Source of the DNA: Armatimonadota bacterium
Lineage (GTDB): Bacteria > Armatimonadota > UBA5829 > DTLH01
Direction: 5' to 3'
NCBI GenBank assembly: GCA_039680575.1
Contig: JBDKSP010000081.1
Span: 1 to 28,107 of the forward strand
DNA length: 28,107 nucleotides
Every line of letters starts with the position of its first letter. Position 1 is the stretch's first letter. The position numbers were made by a program, and so were the translations under genes. The notes beneath the pieces were generated by a model that was not told where the DNA came from, ran no database searches, and was given only the letters and a program-made list of their open reading frames with translations. This document shows positions 25,660 through 28,107 of the stretch, piece after piece.

Positions 25660-27000
25660 CTAGTGTCTTCTTCTGGAACGCCGTGATGACCTTCTTTCCG
25701 GCGTTGGTGCCTGGGCTGGTGCTTCAGCCTGCTGCGGGCCATGAATAATATGATACTGCTGCCAGGTCTGCAAAATATTAAACGTCAACCAATAAAACAC
25801 GAAAGCTGAAGGCAGATAACCAATGATGAAGAAGAACATCACAGGCATCATTATAGACATCGCTTTCTGCTGTTCGGCCTGCGTCGGATCTACAATTGAT
25901 ATTCTCTGAGATATGACCATGCTTATCGTATAAAGTACCAGCAGGATAAGGTCGGGCTGCGCAAGGTTTGCAGCGGTTAACCAGACAGGATGGTTTAAAA
26001 TTGGAACATTGAACAGATGCTCGACAGGCTTCCACCCGATCCAAAGGAAGGTGCCATGCGCAAACTGTTGCTCGTAATATCTGATCATGGTGTAGACCAG
26101 GATCAGTATAGGCATCTGTATCAATATCGGCAGGCATCCTGCGAGAGGATTGACACCTTCGTCTTTGTAGAGCTGCATCGTCTTTTCGCCAAGTACACGC
26201 TGATCGTCTTTATACTTCGCCTGCAGCTCTTTAACGAGCGGCTGGATCCGCTGCATATCCTTCATGCCCTTGAACTGAGCTTTTGTGAGAGGAGTGATAA
26301 GAATCTTGACGATGACGGTAAGCAGAATGATCGCAAACCAGTAGCTGAACCACGGAATACGGTTCGTAATCAGGACAAGACTGTCCATGATCTTATAAAG
26401 GATCTTGCTCCGGTTCTCCATGTCGATCTTTTCAGCGGAGTATTTCTCGTAGACCTGCGCCTGGACGACAAAAGCTCTGATCTCGCGGGCTTCCTTCTCA
26501 CCATAGTTTTCCTTAAGCTCATTGAAGGTGCGGCCGCTATCGAATCTATTAAGAATTACCCGGAATGTTTCCTTGGCGGTATAAGCGTTTTGAAGCGGGA
26601 CCGTTTTACCAGGGGTAAATATTTTATACCAAAAGCTCGTAGTAGGTATATTGCTATGGTATACCTGGCTCATTCCATCTTTCGGAGTGGAATCTACAGG
26701 GACACCAAGATAAATCTTTCCCTTAGCCAGAGTAGCTTCGATCATTATCGTTGCATCTTCCGGGTTTTTCTTGGTATCGATGTTCGCAGCCTGGTCAAGA
26801 ACTTTTATTGTAGAACTGAATTTCTTGCCCTGCTGCAGAGAGCTTTCGGTTTTTTGTGCTTCGCTGGCAAGTTTGATCCCGCGCTTAAGAAGATCCGGTG
26901 CTATTTCGGGATCCGTAGTACTAAGCCTGGCACAGCCGGAAATCAGGAGCTGAACCAGAAAAAGCGCCGCAATAATGTATAATGATCTAGTTATTTTCAT
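25660..27000 (-). CDS. yidC: Membrane protein insertase YidC with lipoprotein-type signal and an extracytoplasmic N-terminal domain
   Basis: AIILLTVIVKILITPL, MQRIQP, GVNPLAGCLPILIQMPI, PSAFVFYW, basic C-tail. N-terminus MKITRSLYIIAALFLVQLLISG-C. Start ATG 27000. Confidence 0.93.
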   Translation of the reverse strand: MKITRSLYIIAALFLVQLLISGCARLSTTDPEIAPDLLKRGIKLASEAQKTESSLQQGKKFSSTIKVLDQAANIDTKKNPEDATIMIEATLAKGKIYLGVPVDSTPKDGMSQVYHSNIPTTSFWYKIFTPGKTVPLQNAYTAKETFRVILNRFDSGRTFNELKENYGEKEAREIRAFVVQAQVYEKYSAEKIDMENRSKILYKIMDSLVLITNRIPWFSYWFAIILLTVIVKILITPLTKAQFKGMKDMQRIQPLVKELQAKYKDDQRVLGEKTMQLYKDEGVNPLAGCLPILIQMPILILVYTMIRYYEQQFAHGTFLWIGWKPVEHLFNVPILNHPVWLTAANLAQPDLILLVLYTISMVISQRISIVDPTQAEQQKAMSIMMPVMFFFIIGYLPSAFVFYWLTFNILQTWQQYHIIHGPQQAEAPAQAPTPERRSSRRSRRRH

Positions 27001-27008
27001 TCGGTATA

Positions 27009-27224
27009 TTATCTTACGGGGTCTTCTCCGCCGGGAGCCCAAGGGTGACACCTCGAAATCCGGCATATTCCCATCCAGACACCTTTCAACGGACCGTATT
27101 TTTCAATAGCCTGAGCTGTATATTCGGAGCAGGTGGGGGTGTATCTGCACATCTTGGGTAGAAAGTATCGTGAGAAGGGTTGGTACCCTTTTCTGATAAT
27201 GAACACCATGATCCGGCGTAACAT
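27009..27224 (-). CDS. yidD: Membrane protein insertion efficiency factor YidD
   Basis: [21 protein letters not shown]....[14 protein letters not shown]. Start ATG 27224. Confidence 0.95.
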   Translation of the reverse strand: MLRRIMVFIIRKGYQPFSRYFLPKMCRYTPTCSEYTAQAIEKYGPLKGVWMGICRISRCHPWAPGGEDPVR

Positions 27225-27254
27225 AAATATTTCCCCAGCATCCGTGAGCACACC

Positions 27255-27313
27255 TGCAAAGTTTTGACAGTTGATGTAACGAGAGAGCAATATCGTTTCA
27301 GCCAAAACTCTTT
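27255..27313 (-). repeat. Copy B of the ~60-bp dispersed non-coding repeat
   Basis: Minus strand aaagagttttggctgaaacgatatt-gctctctc-gttacatcaactgtcaaaactttgca. Identity to copy A is 24/25 in the first block and 21/26 in the second. Confidence 0.8.
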
Positions 27314-27355
27314 CGGAAGAGTTTCGGGTGTTGATCTTAGAATCAAGACTCTATA

Positions 27356-27697
27356 TTACCCGAAACTCATTAATCGCTTAAGCAGTTTCTCCATATCGGC
27401 TCGAATACATGAAAGCGATGCCGCTGCTGTTCCTCGCCGAGCAATTACTATAATATCGTAACTGCCGGAAATCCGCTCTATAAGTGATTTTGCCGCCTCC
27501 CGCATTAGCCTTTTTGCTCTATTCCGTTGCACAGCTCCTCCAACCTTTTTGCCCGCGGTAAAACCGAATCTAATCTGTTGTTTACCCGACCTGGGGAGCA
27601 CGTACACGACGATGAGGTCCGTAGCTCCGGACCTCCCTCGACCATAAACAGTTTTAAAGCTTCTTGAAGAAGTAAGCCGTGCCTGTGAAGGCAGCAT
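27356..27697 (-). CDS. rnpA: Ribonuclease P protein component
   Basis: RL....FKTVYGRG, RFGFTAGKKVGGAVQRNRAKRLMRE, YDIIVIAR. AAGGAG SD supports ATG 27697. Confidence 0.96.
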   Translation of the reverse strand: MLPSQARLTSSRSFKTVYGRGRSGATDLIVVYVLPRSGKQQIRFGFTAGKKVGGAVQRNRAKRLMREAAKSLIERISGSYDIIVIARRGTAAASLSCIRADMEKLLKRLMSFG

Positions 27698-27720
27698 CTC
27701 ACGCACTCCTTATGGGCGTG

Positions 27721-27855
27721 CTAGACGGTAAGCTGCCAACGGCCCTTCTGCCGTCTCGCACTAAGCACTTTGCGCCCGCCACGGCTGGCCATCTTTGCAA
27801 GAAAACCGTGTGTGCGCTTTCGACGGCGAACTTTCGGTTGATATGTCCTTTTCAT
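27721..27855 (-). CDS. rpmH: 50S ribosomal protein L34 (not in the ORF track)
   Basis: Manual translation [44 protein letters not shown] (44 aa). Confidence 0.97.
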   Translation of the reverse strand: MKRTYQPKVRRRKRTHGFLAKMASRGGRKVLSARRQKGRWQLTV

Positions 27856-27883
27856 ATAATAACTGCAACCCCCTAACTGGCAG

Positions 27884-27912
27884 ATTATACCATAACGACA
27901 GATCAGTTACAA
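27884..27912 (-). promoter_or_regulatory. Sigma70 promoter of the rpmH operon
   Basis: TTGTAA (27912-27907), 17 bp, TATAAT (27889-27884), with a TG extended -10. Confidence 0.75.
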
Positions 27913-27952
27913 GATTCAATTGTAAATTGAGGTTGTGAATTCCGTTTTTATG

Positions 27953-27991
27953 AGAAATAGAGCCGCCCGAGTCTCCTCGAGCGGCTCTTTC
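27953..27991 (-). terminator. Intrinsic terminator of the upstream minus-strand gene
   Basis: Minus strand AGAGCCGCTCGAG-GAGA-CTCGGGCGGCTCT (13-bp stem with one G-U, GNRA loop) followed by ATTTCT. TTTC follows on the plus strand. Confidence 0.75.
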
Positions 27992-28028
27992 TAGATAGAC
28001 AGATGCTTTAATAAAGCATCATGAGTAG

Positions 28029-28106
28029 TTAGTTGGTCCTCTTCAGCATGAATCCGCTGAATGCATAAGAGATTCCACTGTTGCTGCCATCGCCGCCAGT
28101 TGAGGC
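28029..28106 (-). CDS. 3' end of an unidentified gene (partial)
   Basis: Open frame ...ASTGGDGSNSGISYAFSGFMLKRTN* ending at TAA 28031-28029, just ahead of the terminator. Too short to assign. Confidence 0.4.
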   Translation of the reverse strand, partial: ASTGGDGSNSGISYAFSGFMLKRTN

Positions 28107-28107
28107 T

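Noticed and set aside
26017..26982. 321-aa plus-strand ORF
   Set aside because: Entirely antisense to yidC with no recognisable motifs. Treated as a shadow ORF.
1..28107. CRISPR array, rRNA or prophage genes
   Set aside because: No regularly spaced direct repeats, rRNA signatures or phage-like proteins were seen.

Overview
Ordinary-looking bacterial chromosome segment with about 28 genes. It begins with what looks like the last 27 codons and right end of an IS110-family element. Next come an AraC regulator divergent from a sugar-phosphate isomerase and Gfo/Idh/MocA oxidoreductase pair, a radical SAM protein, a nitroreductase, a large secreted GH42-like protein divergent from a UroD/MtaA-family protein, and tRNA-Lys(UUU). 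The middle holds a CymR/IscR-like Rrf2 regulator convergent with cysK, an APC permease, a P1B ATPase plus ZIP transporter operon, menG/ubiE plus polyprenyl synthase, a stand-alone GlmU-like acetyltransferase and an ACT protein. The end holds hsp20-lon-PRTase and the rpmH-rnpA-yidD-yidC-jag-mnmE operon. The most notable unexplained signals are a ~60-bp non-coding repeat present twice in inverted orientation (hsp20/lon spacer and rnpA/yidD spacer), the IS110 end abutting a palindrome and an imperfect duplicate of its own junction, a CymR-type box with a Cys-retaining Rrf2, a hybrid-motif P1B ATPase paired with a CxxC-loop ZIP, and several apparently leaderless genes. All family calls are by motif recognition only; no database search was run. 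I see no clear-cut novel multi-gene system.
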